Source of the DNA: Candidatus Cloacimonadales bacterium
Lineage (GTDB): Bacteria; Cloacimonadota; Cloacimonadia; Cloacimonadales; JAFGVF01
Assembly (NCBI GenBank): GCA_963662585.1
Contig: OY759729.1
Span: forward strand, 640,001 to 704,000
Direction of reading: 5' to 3'
Length of the DNA: 64,000 nucleotides
Positions 23,896 to 33,355 of the stretch are shown in pieces. The stretch's first letter is position 1. The number at the start of each line of letters is the position of its first letter. The notes beneath the pieces were generated by a model. That model was not told the DNA's origin and searched no databases. It worked only from the letters and a program-made list of their open reading frames with translations. A program made the translations under genes and the position numbers.

Positions 23896-24939
23896 TTAAT
23901 TATTAGTATCGTTAATTATATTTTGTAATAGATATCCTGTTTGAACAGCTTGTAAACTTGGTAATATCTGCTCCAAAACTAAATTCCAGCTGGCAATAGG
24001 GGTTTTAGGGACATAGATAATATCATTAGGTTTCAACTTGAAATCCATTAATCGTCCTTTATAGATAGCATCTAAATTAATTTTGAATAGTCTTGGGTGC
24101 TTTAAGTTACCTCTCACCAAATATACAGAAGAAGTCTTTGCAGATGGCTTTAATCCTTGTGAATAGGCTATTACTTGCCCAAGAGTCATATTCTCTTTAA
24201 AAGCGAAGTGACCTTGTTCTAATACTTCTCCAACAACATAAACTTCTCTATTAATCGCAGATGGTAAATAAATATAATCTCCCCCCATCAAAGGGATATT
24301 ATTTAACATCTTACCTTCTTTAATCAGTGCATAAAAATTTATAGGCAAAACTTTATTATTTCTAACGATAAATGATCTTTCTAAGTCTGCTAATTCAATC
24401 GAATTATTCTGGAAATAGCCAAGAGCTAATCCTCCTGCTTTGGCAATTAAATCCAAAATTCTCATTTCTCCAGTAATTTGATATTGTTGAGGATATACGA
24501 CTTTTCCTAAAATTGTTACTGTTCCACTATTAATTTCATAAGGAACAATTGTTACTTCAGGATAAGCAATATAATCTTCTAATTTTTCCTCGATTAAATC
24601 AGTAGCTTCTTTAAGATCTAATCCTTGAACCTTTACTTCTCCTATTAGAGGAAAAGTTATCGTACCATCTCTTTTAACAATCAACTCTTTAGTATTCAAG
24701 TCCTCTTCATTATAGATATAAGCATGAAATTTATCATCAGGGCCAATCAGATAAGTAGGCATTTTAACTTGCTGTAACTTATTTAATTCATCGATAGTCT
24801 GTTGATCTTCTTGATTTGCAACTGCTGATTCTTCAAGGTATTCACCTGGTACATCTATATTTTCTTCGATGTATGGCTCCCTACTACAACTAATAATAAA
24901 AACTATTAATACTAATATTATATATTTTATTCTTTTCAT
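23896..24939 (-). CDS. Polysaccharide export lipoprotein (Wza/OPX, SLBB domains)
   Basis: Lipobox IISC; 'YLIGPDD', 'DGTITFPLIGEVKVQG' and 'LKPNDIIYVP'. Confidence 0.9.
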   Translation of the reverse strand: MKRIKYIILVLIVFIISCSREPYIEENIDVPGEYLEESAVANQEDQQTIDELNKLQQVKMPTYLIGPDDKFHAYIYNEEDLNTKELIVKRDGTITFPLIGEVKVQGLDLKEATDLIEEKLEDYIAYPEVTIVPYEINSGTVTILGKVVYPQQYQITGEMRILDLIAKAGGLALGYFQNNSIELADLERSFIVRNNKVLPINFYALIKEGKMLNNIPLMGGDYIYLPSAINREVYVVGEVLEQGHFAFKENMTLGQVIAYSQGLKPSAKTSSVYLVRGNLKHPRLFKINLDAIYKGRLMDFKLKPNDIIYVPKTPIASWNLVLEQILPSLQAVQTGYLLQNIINDTNN

Positions 24940-24945
24940 AATTAC

Positions 24946-26970
24946 CTACAATGTATCCACATAATACTCTTTAGGAATATTATTTAGGATTCCAAATACT
25001 TTTTGAACTTCTTTTTCTCTTAGATAATTTACCAAATTAAACACATCAGTTTTTGGTGAATACCTAAATCTACCGACTAAGATATTAGCATCTGCAGATT
25101 TGGTTACAGCGTGGAAAAGCTGGATGTTATAACTTGATGGGAACATTTCCCATAAGATATAATCATAGTCCATAAAGAGACCATACAGCTTATGAAAATC
25201 ACTTGTTTTATACATCTTCTTGAAGATCTGCTCACCAGTCCAAAAATAACATTTATTGATATTATTAGAGATTTCTTTAACATCAAAAGATTTGTCGTCA
25301 TCTAGGTAAGTATTAATCTCATAATCTTCAATTTCGATCGATAAATCTTTAACACATTCAATAATCAGGACTTTAGAAGTAGAGCCCAGCATTTTACTAA
25401 ATTCATTCATAATAAAGGATTTCCCTGTTTCAGGATTAACACTACCAATTGTAATTATTGGAGGTTTAGGGACTCCTTTAACAACATCAAACAGATTATC
25501 CAGCATGAATTGAAGATTAGCATAGAATTTGTTAGCATTTGCTCCCTCTTCAGCTGGAATTTGACCTAGTAAAGGGATTCCTATATATTTTTCATAATCA
25601 AGTTTTGATTTTATTCTGAAATCAAAAAGTTCTTTACCAAGGAAGAACACTACTAAAATGAAACCAATAAAAATACCTGAAGCTAAAACTATTATCTTCT
25701 TACTTATATTTATAGGATATTTGGGAAGAACTGCAGCCTCAAACAACTGAAAATCATTAGTATTAGTATCTAAAGCCATACGGGATTCAGCAATTCTGCC
25801 TTCAATAATTCTTAGTACATCTTTACTAAGCTCTAATTGTCGAACAAATTCTAAGTGCTCATCGTTAATTTTATTGAATTGGATCAGATTTGATTTTATA
25901 TCATTAATTTCACTTTGGTAACCAATTAAGTTTGCTCTTGCTGCTTTAAGTTCTCCTTCATAACGAGTTTTATCAACTTCATAGGTTTGAATTAAGCCAT
26001 TAGGTCCCCAACTTGTGTTATCTGGTGGTTCTGGTGTTCTAAAAGGATCAGATAATTTAGCCTCTAAAGTATCTATTTCAGCTTGTAAATTCTGCACTTT
26101 AGGATTAATAGCGGTATAGCGTGTGAGCAAGAGCTCTAGTTCTTTTTTTAGCAAGATTAACTTTTTCTCATCTGTATTGGTAAATGTCCAAGTCATCATA
26201 ACTTCTTGCGGAAGTGAGGCCATTTTCTTTTCTAAATCAGCAATCTTAACTCTCATTTCATCTATCTTAACAATAGCTTCAATCTTTTTTATTTCGATAA
26301 GCTTTAATTTTTCATAGAGTTGATCCCTTTCGGCATCAATAGATATCACATCATTATTAGTTTGAAAATCTAAAATACTTTTTTCTAGTTGAGCAATTTT
26401 GGCTAAACTCTTAATTCTTTCTTGAGAATAGTAGCTATATACACTATCAGCACTAGCATTCTGCAACATAGTACTTGTTTCGATAAAGGTTTCTCCGAGA
26501 ATATTAGCCATTTCAACTGCTCTTTCTGGGTCGCTATCAGTTACGCTAAAACTTAGCACATTAGAACGGTTACCACGCTGGACTTGTATCATTCTCCCAA
26601 CTTCCTCAGGTTCATAGCCCTGCATATCAAGTTTTTTTATAATAGAGAGGATAATTGGCCGAGACCGAGCGGTTTCTAAGATTGTGTTTATATCAAAAGC
26701 ATTATATAAGTAAGGCATGTCAGTAGGAGTCGAAATATTTTTTTGCATTCTAATGACTCTACAATTGGCTCTCCATAAAGGTTTAACTTTTACAGATACA
26801 ATTATGGCCACTAATAACATGAAAGATAAAGTAATGGCAAGAATCCACTTTATTTTAGCCTTGAAGGAGATAAATAACACCCTTTTATCAATCACTAAGG
26901 GTGATTTTTCTTCTTGTTCAGCTATATCCTTTTGCTGTTCTATATCATGTATTTGGTTTTCATCTAACAT
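24946..26970 (-). CDS. Polysaccharide co-polymerase (Wzc/GumC-like)
   Basis: Two TM segments flanking a coiled-coil periplasmic region, then a C-terminal P-loop-like domain (NPETGKS). Confidence 0.85.
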   Translation of the reverse strand: MLDENQIHDIEQQKDIAEQEEKSPLVIDKRVLFISFKAKIKWILAITLSFMLLVAIIVSVKVKPLWRANCRVIRMQKNISTPTDMPYLYNAFDINTILETARSRPIILSIIKKLDMQGYEPEEVGRMIQVQRGNRSNVLSFSVTDSDPERAVEMANILGETFIETSTMLQNASADSVYSYYSQERIKSLAKIAQLEKSILDFQTNNDVISIDAERDQLYEKLKLIEIKKIEAIVKIDEMRVKIADLEKKMASLPQEVMMTWTFTNTDEKKLILLKKELELLLTRYTAINPKVQNLQAEIDTLEAKLSDPFRTPEPPDNTSWGPNGLIQTYEVDKTRYEGELKAARANLIGYQSEINDIKSNLIQFNKINDEHLEFVRQLELSKDVLRIIEGRIAESRMALDTNTNDFQLFEAAVLPKYPINISKKIIVLASGIFIGFILVVFFLGKELFDFRIKSKLDYEKYIGIPLLGQIPAEEGANANKFYANLQFMLDNLFDVVKGVPKPPIITIGSVNPETGKSFIMNEFSKMLGSTSKVLIIECVKDLSIEIEDYEINTYLDDDKSFDVKEISNNINKCYFWTGEQIFKKMYKTSDFHKLYGLFMDYDYILWEMFPSSYNIQLFHAVTKSADANILVGRFRYSPKTDVFNLVNYLREKEVQKVFGILNNIPKEYYVDTL

Positions 26971-26985
26971 TGTTTATTATTGTTC

Positions 26986-28113
26986 CTAATTATTTTGTTC
27001 CCACAATTTCACAAAGATTTTTAACAATTCATCTTCATTTTGACATTTATTACAATTTAGTATTTCTTGGCAATTAATTTCTTGCTTAGAGAACAAAAAA
27101 TATGGTAGCGCCATGAATAACATAAACCGGGGATGCTTGAATTTTGATTTACTACTTAGATTATTATAGTTTATTCTAGTATTCTTGCAAACATTTTTAA
27201 TTTTTTCAAATATACTTGATTCTTCAGAAAAAATCTTTTCAATGATGTCTTGATATCCTTTTAGATTTAATACAGGAGCAAACTCATCGTTAAAAACCCA
27301 GTTAAATAGTCCTTCATATACAAGTAAGGTTTGTTTATATTCAGCAAGATAGTCTTCTTTACTTAGGTTAACTTTATGAGGAAATTCCTTGAATTGGTAG
27401 GCAGTCTTATAGTAGTCAAATATCCCTAATTTTAGTAAATCTTCATCTTCTTTAAGTTCAGAGAAAATTTCATCTCTTTTTTTATATGAGAAGTGAAATC
27501 TTCCTTTTTTGATTAAAAAGGCATCTCCCATTGCTAGTTGTGCTTTTCTAATATTACGAAGAATAAATTCTTGTGATTCTTCTTCTTCATAGCTTTTAAA
27601 ATGTTCTTTACACAGTATAAGCCCAACCCCTCTATTTAGTAGCAGACGATAGGCTTCCATAATTGGCATCTTCTCGTGAGAGTAGTCTGGAAAATAATTC
27701 TTAATTGATTGGTTTCCCCACAGGACCTTGTGTCCATTTTTCAATTCATACCACATCATCCAATGAGGGGTTTTAGAAATTGCCTTTACGGTTTGAAGAG
27801 GTCCGACATCAACATCAATTTTGAAAAGAGGAGTAAATTTTTCGTGAATGTAGTGGATCTTTTCTTGGTACTTTTTCTTTTTAAAGTAGCTAATATTTTT
27901 AAGAATAACAAAGAGATCATAATCGTTATAGAGGTATTCTTTCTTATCTTCAATAACAATCCCACCTTCACCTCTACCGTAACCACCACCTAGAAGTATC
28001 GCAGCGATGTCTTCTTCCGGAATTAGCTTAAGGATCTCTTCAGTTATCAAAGCCAACTGTTCATCAACTAATTCATCAAATTCTTTTGAACCAGTAAGTG
28101 TATATTTACCCAT
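26986..28113 (-). CDS. Pol-beta-superfamily nucleotidyltransferase-like protein
   Basis: 'ILLGGGYGRGEGG...NDYDLFV' plus a downstream 'DVD', followed by a helical domain. Confidence 0.65.
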   Translation of the reverse strand: MGKYTLTGSKEFDELVDEQLALITEEILKLIPEEDIAAILLGGGYGRGEGGIVIEDKKEYLYNDYDLFVILKNISYFKKKKYQEKIHYIHEKFTPLFKIDVDVGPLQTVKAISKTPHWMMWYELKNGHKVLWGNQSIKNYFPDYSHEKMPIMEAYRLLLNRGVGLILCKEHFKSYEEEESQEFILRNIRKAQLAMGDAFLIKKGRFHFSYKKRDEIFSELKEDEDLLKLGIFDYYKTAYQFKEFPHKVNLSKEDYLAEYKQTLLVYEGLFNWVFNDEFAPVLNLKGYQDIIEKIFSEESSIFEKIKNVCKNTRINYNNLSSKSKFKHPRFMLFMALPYFLFSKQEINCQEILNCNKCQNEDELLKIFVKLWEQNN

Positions 28114-28116
28114 AAT

Positions 28117-28725
28117 TTACCCCAATAATTCTTTTAAGTAGCCATTAATCATAATCAATACTCGATCAAACTTCTTTTCACCAGGAATAATAATATCTGC
28201 TTGTTTTTTAGTACCTTCAATAAAGATATCATGCATGGGTTTAACTGTTTCTATATATTGATTTAAGACTTCATTAATTGTGAAACCTCTTTCGTTAATA
28301 TCTCTATCTATTCTTCTTGCCAGCCTGAGGTCAGCATCAGTATCGACAAATACTTTTAAAGATGCTAATTTAATCAATTCAGGAAAATAGAGAGCAAATA
28401 TACCTTCAAGAATTATCACATCATAACTGTTATGAATCAATTTACCTTGAATCCTTCTGTGAGTAATGAAATCATAGTCAGGAATATAAATCTCTTCTTG
28501 ATTTAAAATCTGCTTTACATCAGAAATTAATCTATTACTATCGATAGCATCAGGGTGATCGAAGTTGATTTTCTTAATCTCCTGAGGGGATAAATTGGCC
28601 AAATCATAGTAATAATTATCATGTGAAAAAGTATAGACATTTTGATTATTTAACTGACTAGTAATCTGTTTAGCAATCGTAGTTTTTCCAGAACTAGTTC
28701 CTCCGCCAATAAGAATTAAGTGCAT
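28117..28725 (-). CDS. udk: Uridine kinase
   Basis: GGTSSGKTT, DNYY, NFDHPDA, IILEGI, FVDTDADLRLARRI.RD..ERG and PMH motifs. Confidence 0.9.
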   Translation of the reverse strand: MHLILIGGGTSSGKTTIAKQITSQLNNQNVYTFSHDNYYYDLANLSPQEIKKINFDHPDAIDSNRLISDVKQILNQEEIYIPDYDFITHRRIQGKLIHNSYDVIILEGIFALYFPELIKLASLKVFVDTDADLRLARRIDRDINERGFTINEVLNQYIETVKPMHDIFIEGTKKQADIIIPGEKKFDRVLIMINGYLKELLG

Positions 28726-28729
28726 AATT

Positions 28730-30118
28730 TTACCAGAATAACCTTAAAAAATTAATTTTGCAGTAGATATAAATATTACCCCAAAAACTGTTATTATTTA
28801 CATAGTATAACTCGTGAATTTCTTCTTCAGAGCTAAATCCTTGATTTAAACTTTCCCAATAGCTATAAACCCCTGGTTGATAGAAGGGCAAGTTAGTAAG
28901 TAACTCTTTATGTTTTCTTGTAATTGTGAATAATTTATTACCAACTAACAGTAATTTACCACTAAGAACGAAAAAAAGATATGGGTATTTATCTAAAGAA
29001 AGTTTTTTTATAAGTTTTATGAATGGATGTTTTCTCGCGTTATCTATACTAAACATTCTTCGACTTTTTTTATCTTTAGACAAATAATAGATTTGAGTTA
29101 AGTTATATTTTTTGTGAATTAAGAATAAAAAAGGTGAAATCAAAAGAAAAGGAATAGTCTGCAAGATAATTTGAATTAAAGCTAATAAAATATGAATTGT
29201 TCTCTGAACCCTACCAACTTTCTTTTCTTTATTGATAGCTGAAATTAGATAATCATCATCCATTATAATTACTTGACCAGTCTTTCCAGAAATTAACTTA
29301 TTATGATAAATTATTTTATTATCTATCTCCAGATCACTACCAACAAAAGAGTCACTATAAATAATGCTGTTAGAGATATTTGTGAGTTCTCCGATAATTA
29401 TATTATCACCAATGATACTATTTTTACCAATCCCGACCATCTCACCGATTCTGACATTGTTTCCTATCATGACTGGAGCATCAATTGTGACCGATTTAGG
29501 ATAGGATAAATTCATACCAAGATAAGTACGGGGTTCGGAACTATAGCCGGGTAAAACATAATGACAGCACTTGCTACTTAAAATATCCATAGATAGATTA
29601 AAGTAATCAGTGATATTTGATAGTTTATTAATAGCTAAGTATGGATTATCAATAAAGTCCTTAGTTTCTTCTATATCCTTGACAGATTTTCCCTTTTCTA
29701 AGATTTGCAGATATTTGCTTTTATTTGTTTTAAGATGATCAGTTATCTCTGCTTTGACCTCTAGAATAGCATTAATATCATATTCAAGAAAAAAATAATC
29801 CGAGATAATAAGAACATCATCATCTTTGCAGAAAGAGAAGTTTTTTAGTACTACTCTTTTGAGAGAATCTTCTGGTCTAGCTATATTATAACCAATATCT
29901 ACGCCCCATTTTTTCCCATCTTTGAAGTAATCACTAATTTCATTTGTAGCGTTATTACTAACAATTCTAATCTCACTAATCTGGAGAGTAGAGCAAAAGT
30001 CAATAAAATACTCTAAATGTGGTTTATTGACAATTTTTAACAAGTAAGGATTAGTTTTATGAAAATAATCCTCACTCCATAAAAGTCCTTCAATTCTGGT
30101 GTAAATTAGACATTTCAT
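28730..30118 (-). CDS. Degenerate NDP-sugar pyrophosphorylase-like domain + hexapeptide repeats + degenerate sugar-transferase domain
   Basis: 'LLKIVNKPHLEY' and 'YFKDGKKWGVDIGY'; (I/V)G-x4 repeats; C-terminal 'SGKLLLVGN..YQPG..ELYY'; no GxGxR motif. Confidence 0.7.
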   Translation of the reverse strand: MKCLIYTRIEGLLWSEDYFHKTNPYLLKIVNKPHLEYFIDFCSTLQISEIRIVSNNATNEISDYFKDGKKWGVDIGYNIARPEDSLKRVVLKNFSFCKDDDVLIISDYFFLEYDINAILEVKAEITDHLKTNKSKYLQILEKGKSVKDIEETKDFIDNPYLAINKLSNITDYFNLSMDILSSKCCHYVLPGYSSEPRTYLGMNLSYPKSVTIDAPVMIGNNVRIGEMVGIGKNSIIGDNIIIGELTNISNSIIYSDSFVGSDLEIDNKIIYHNKLISGKTGQVIIMDDDYLISAINKEKKVGRVQRTIHILLALIQIILQTIPFLLISPFLFLIHKKYNLTQIYYLSKDKKSRRMFSIDNARKHPFIKLIKKLSLDKYPYLFFVLSGKLLLVGNKLFTITRKHKELLTNLPFYQPGVYSYWESLNQGFSSEEEIHELYYVNNNSFWGNIYIYCKINFLRLFW

Positions 30119-30131
30119 TTAGACCTCGAAA

Positions 30132-30470
30132 TTAATCAGCCTCGTAGCTCATTACTGCAACATCGACATTATCAAAGATTTCGAAAATTTTATAAGCTCT
30201 TGTAATTTCAAATACCATGCGTGGTTTTTCTGACATTTCAGCCACTCTAATATCACCATCTTTTTCTGAAACAACTTTCAAACAAGCAACTATCGATCCT
30301 AATCCAGTACTATCCAAGAAATCTAAGTCACTTAAATCCAGGACAAAGTTAATAGTTTGCTCAGTATATTTAGTAAATTTTTCTTTAAACTCTGGTGAAT
30401 TGTAAGAATCCAACCTACCACTGACCTTCAACACTCCAACATTTTCTCTCATTTCAAAACTAATTTCCAT
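30132..30470 (-). CDS. STAS anti-sigma-factor antagonist (canonical, with phospho-Ser motif)
   Basis: 'GRLD', 'VLDLSDLDFLDSTGLG' and 'VFEITR'. Confidence 0.92.
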   Translation of the reverse strand: MEISFEMRENVGVLKVSGRLDSYNSPEFKEKFTKYTEQTINFVLDLSDLDFLDSTGLGSIVACLKVVSEKDGDIRVAEMSEKPRMVFEITRAYKIFEIFDNVDVAVMSYEAD

Positions 30471-30555
30471 TTTTCCCCCATTAAAGTTATATTATTATTC
30501 ACCCAACCGCTAAATACAGCGACAGGCCATCTATTTTAAGTTACATTATCTATAT

Positions 30556-30891
30556 TTAGTCAGTTTGATAGCTCATTACAGCACTATCGACATCATCAAA
30601 TATGTCGAAAATCTTATGGGCTCTAGTTATTTCACAAACCATCCTTACATTCTCGCTCAAATTAGAAAGTCTTATATCTCCGTCTTTGTCTGAAACATGT
30701 TTCAGGCAATTAAATATAGGTGTAAATAAATCTTCAAAGTTATCAAAATTTCCAAGATCAAAAACAAAATTAACTGTTTGCTCAGCATACCTAATAAATT
30801 CCTCTTTAAATTCAGAGAATTCATCAAATCTAATTCTTCCGCTTAATTTAACTACACATACACTTTTTCTAATTTCAAAACTAATTTCCAT
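30556..30891 (-). CDS. STAS paralog lacking the phospho-Ser motif
   Basis: Closely similar to 30132-30470 (MEISFE.R, EQT.NFV.DL, DGDIR, EITRA.KIF). Start set to ATG 30891, which has a GGAG RBS. Confidence 0.85.
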   Translation of the reverse strand: MEISFEIRKSVCVVKLSGRIRFDEFSEFKEEFIRYAEQTVNFVFDLGNFDNFEDLFTPIFNCLKHVSDKDGDIRLSNLSENVRMVCEITRAHKIFDIFDDVDSAVMSYQTD

Positions 30892-30977
30892 TTTGTTCTC
30901 CAAGCGAATTTTTTAGTCAGCACCTTTGCCACTAATTACTGCATGGACATTCATTATTAATCTTTTTCATATTAATA

Positions 30978-31313
30978 TTAGTCTTTCAAATAACTCTTTA
31001 TTGCTTCATCAACATCATCAAATATTTCGAAACTCTTGTAAACTCTGGTTATTTCCATGACCATACGAGCTTTTTCAGAAAGATTCGCAAGTCTTAGGTC
31101 TCCACCGCAATCAGATGCATATTTCAAACAAGCAACTAGGTTTCCCAAAATATCATCCATACATACTACTTCACCAAGATCAAAGACGAAGTTAACTGTT
31201 TTCTCAGTATATTTCTCAAAGCTTTTGTTAAAGTTAACCGAATTATAAAGAGAAAAAGTTCTTTTAATCTTTATAAGACCGACATTTTCTTTGATTTCAA
31301 AAGTATGTTCCAT
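30978..31313 (-). CDS. STAS paralog lacking the phospho-Ser motif
   Basis: 'TVNFVFDLG', 'VACLK', 'GGDLRLANLSE' and 'EITRVYKSFEIFDDVD'. Confidence 0.85.
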   Translation of the reverse strand: MEHTFEIKENVGLIKIKRTFSLYNSVNFNKSFEKYTEKTVNFVFDLGEVVCMDDILGNLVACLKYASDCGGDLRLANLSEKARMVMEITRVYKSFEIFDDVDEAIKSYLKD

Positions 31314-31332
31314 GGATAATCAAGCCTCTTTT

Positions 31333-32046
31333 TTAGTAAGCGCCTTTACCACTAATTACTGCTGGGATAGTCATAAGTAAGATTTTAACATCTTTCCAAA
31401 AACTACTTGATTTAATATACTGCATATCGAGTTGAACTTGTTCATCAAAAGGAATATCACTTCTTCCTTTAACTTGCCAAAGACAGGTGATACCTGGCAT
31501 TACATGCAGTCTTTTTCTGTCTAAAAGGGTATATTCAGCAACTTCACGAGGTAAAGGAGGTCTTGGACCCACCAAACTCATATCTGCTTTTAAAACATTG
31601 AAAAGTTGAGGAAGTTCATCAATACTGAATCTTCTGATGAATCTGCCTGTTCTAGTTACTCTTGGGTCTCGCTTCATTTTGAAAATGACTCCACCTTTAG
31701 ATTCATTTTGTTCTAATAGTTCATCTTTTATTTTATCGGCATTCATTACCATGGATCTAAATTTAATAAAGCCAAAATGTTTGCCATCTTTTCCTACTCG
31801 AGGAGCTATGTAAAATACTGGACCTGGATCTTCAATATAGATGCAAATCGCGGTAATAATAAATACTGGAGACAACAATAAAAGCAATATTAAAGAAGCA
31901 ACAATATCCAAGAATTTTTTAAATAGAATTACTGATTTAATAGTATAATCCCATAAGGCTATTTTAAATGAGATAGATGATTTACTCTTCTTTTGAGTCA
32001 TCTTCATTAATCTCTCAATCCTTTGTTCTCTTATTCTTTTATCCAT
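31333..32046 (-). CDS. Priming phosphoglycosyltransferase (bacterial sugar transferase)
   Basis: KFRSM, DPRVT, SIDELPQL, MSLVGPRP and PGIT motifs. Start set to ATG 32046, just after the upstream stop. Confidence 0.93.
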   Translation of the reverse strand: MDKRIREQRIERLMKMTQKKSKSSISFKIALWDYTIKSVILFKKFLDIVASLILLLLLSPVFIITAICIYIEDPGPVFYIAPRVGKDGKHFGFIKFRSMVMNADKIKDELLEQNESKGGVIFKMKRDPRVTRTGRFIRRFSIDELPQLFNVLKADMSLVGPRPPLPREVAEYTLLDRKRLHVMPGITCLWQVKGRSDIPFDEQVQLDMQYIKSSSFWKDVKILLMTIPAVISGKGAY

Positions 32047-32050
32047 AATT

Positions 32051-33355
32051 TTACCTGTTCTTTTTATTTTTCCATTTATAAACACGATAGATAAAAAGTG
32101 GGTTTCCGATAATATATCGCTTCCACATTCTTTTTGGTTCTTTAATCAATCTAAAGAACCATTCTAAGCCAACTTCTCTCATCCATTTTGGAGCTCTGGT
32201 CATCTCTCCTGAATAAAAATCAAACAGACCACCGACTCCCATTAAAACTTGAGCTTTGAGTTTTGGCATATTTTCGCCAATCCATTTTTCTTGTAAAGGG
32301 ACTCCAAAAGCGACTAAGAGAATATTAGCTTGAGAAGCATTTATTTCAGAAACAATGGAGGCACTATCTTTCTTCCAATCAAAATATCCATTTCGTGTCC
32401 CTACAATTTTTAGTTTAGGAAATTTTTCTTCAAGTTTTTTTTTCATTTTTTCTGCCACTCCTGCTTTTGAGCCAAAAAGAAAGATTGAATAACTCTTTTT
32501 TTCACTCAATTCACATAAGTAGGGAAGCATATCGGTTCCATTTACATTTTCAAGAAGCGGAGTCTTTAGTATATTGCAAGCTATGCTAATACCTATTCCA
32601 TCTGGGAAAATATAATCTGCTTCTTCTAGTATAGAGAAATAATCATTATCCTTATATAATTTATTCATACAATCCGGATTAACAAAAAAGAATTTCTTTT
32701 TTTTCCCAGAATCAATTGTCTCTTCAATAATATCTATACCTTGTTTCATTGATATATTATCAAATTCCAGATCAAAAATATTCAATTTTTCTTGGTAATT
32801 ATCTGCAGAGCTTCTGTACATAAGAGCTGGTATAGTTTTAATTATTATGGAAATATCTCGCTTTAAGCTTTTTGTGGCTAAATATTCTAATTCTGTAATA
32901 ATTAATCCTTCATGAGCAATTTTAGTACTTTCTCTAATGAACCAGAGATTAAATATTCCAGGATAGGCATATTTAGTAATTAATGCTAAATTATCATCGA
33001 GGGGAAGATCCCCAGATAAGAAACTATTTCCGACAAAATGCACCCTACCAATGAGTATTTGAAAAATAAGAGAACTTTGTTTTAGAAGTTGACCTTGAAG
33101 ATTATAAAATCTTACATCTAAAAGCTCTGAATTATGTCCTAGAATGGTCTTTGATTCATAGACTGGAATCCCTTTAAACATTTTTCTACAACAGAGTATC
33201 AAGAAAGTAGGGATTGTGAAGAATATTAGCACCAAAACAATAAACACAAGTTGGAATAGTTTTGACAAAACAAAGCGTATTCCTCTAATTAAGGAATTAC
33301 TCTTTGATTTTTCAAATCTATTAACAATCATCTGTTTATAATCTTGTTCTGACAT
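32051..33355 (-). CDS. WecB/TagA/CpsF glycosyltransferase with N-terminal degenerate sugar-transferase domain
   Basis: 'FPDGIG', 'NGTD', 'G.P.QEKWI', 'GVGGLFDF' and 'RAPKWM...GLEW..RL..EP.R.W.RY'. Confidence 0.92.
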   Translation of the reverse strand: MSEQDYKQMIVNRFEKSKSNSLIRGIRFVLSKLFQLVFIVLVLIFFTIPTFLILCCRKMFKGIPVYESKTILGHNSELLDVRFYNLQGQLLKQSSLIFQILIGRVHFVGNSFLSGDLPLDDNLALITKYAYPGIFNLWFIRESTKIAHEGLIITELEYLATKSLKRDISIIIKTIPALMYRSSADNYQEKLNIFDLEFDNISMKQGIDIIEETIDSGKKKKFFFVNPDCMNKLYKDNDYFSILEEADYIFPDGIGISIACNILKTPLLENVNGTDMLPYLCELSEKKSYSIFLFGSKAGVAEKMKKKLEEKFPKLKIVGTRNGYFDWKKDSASIVSEINASQANILLVAFGVPLQEKWIGENMPKLKAQVLMGVGGLFDFYSGEMTRAPKWMREVGLEWFFRLIKEPKRMWKRYIIGNPLFIYRVYKWKNKKNR

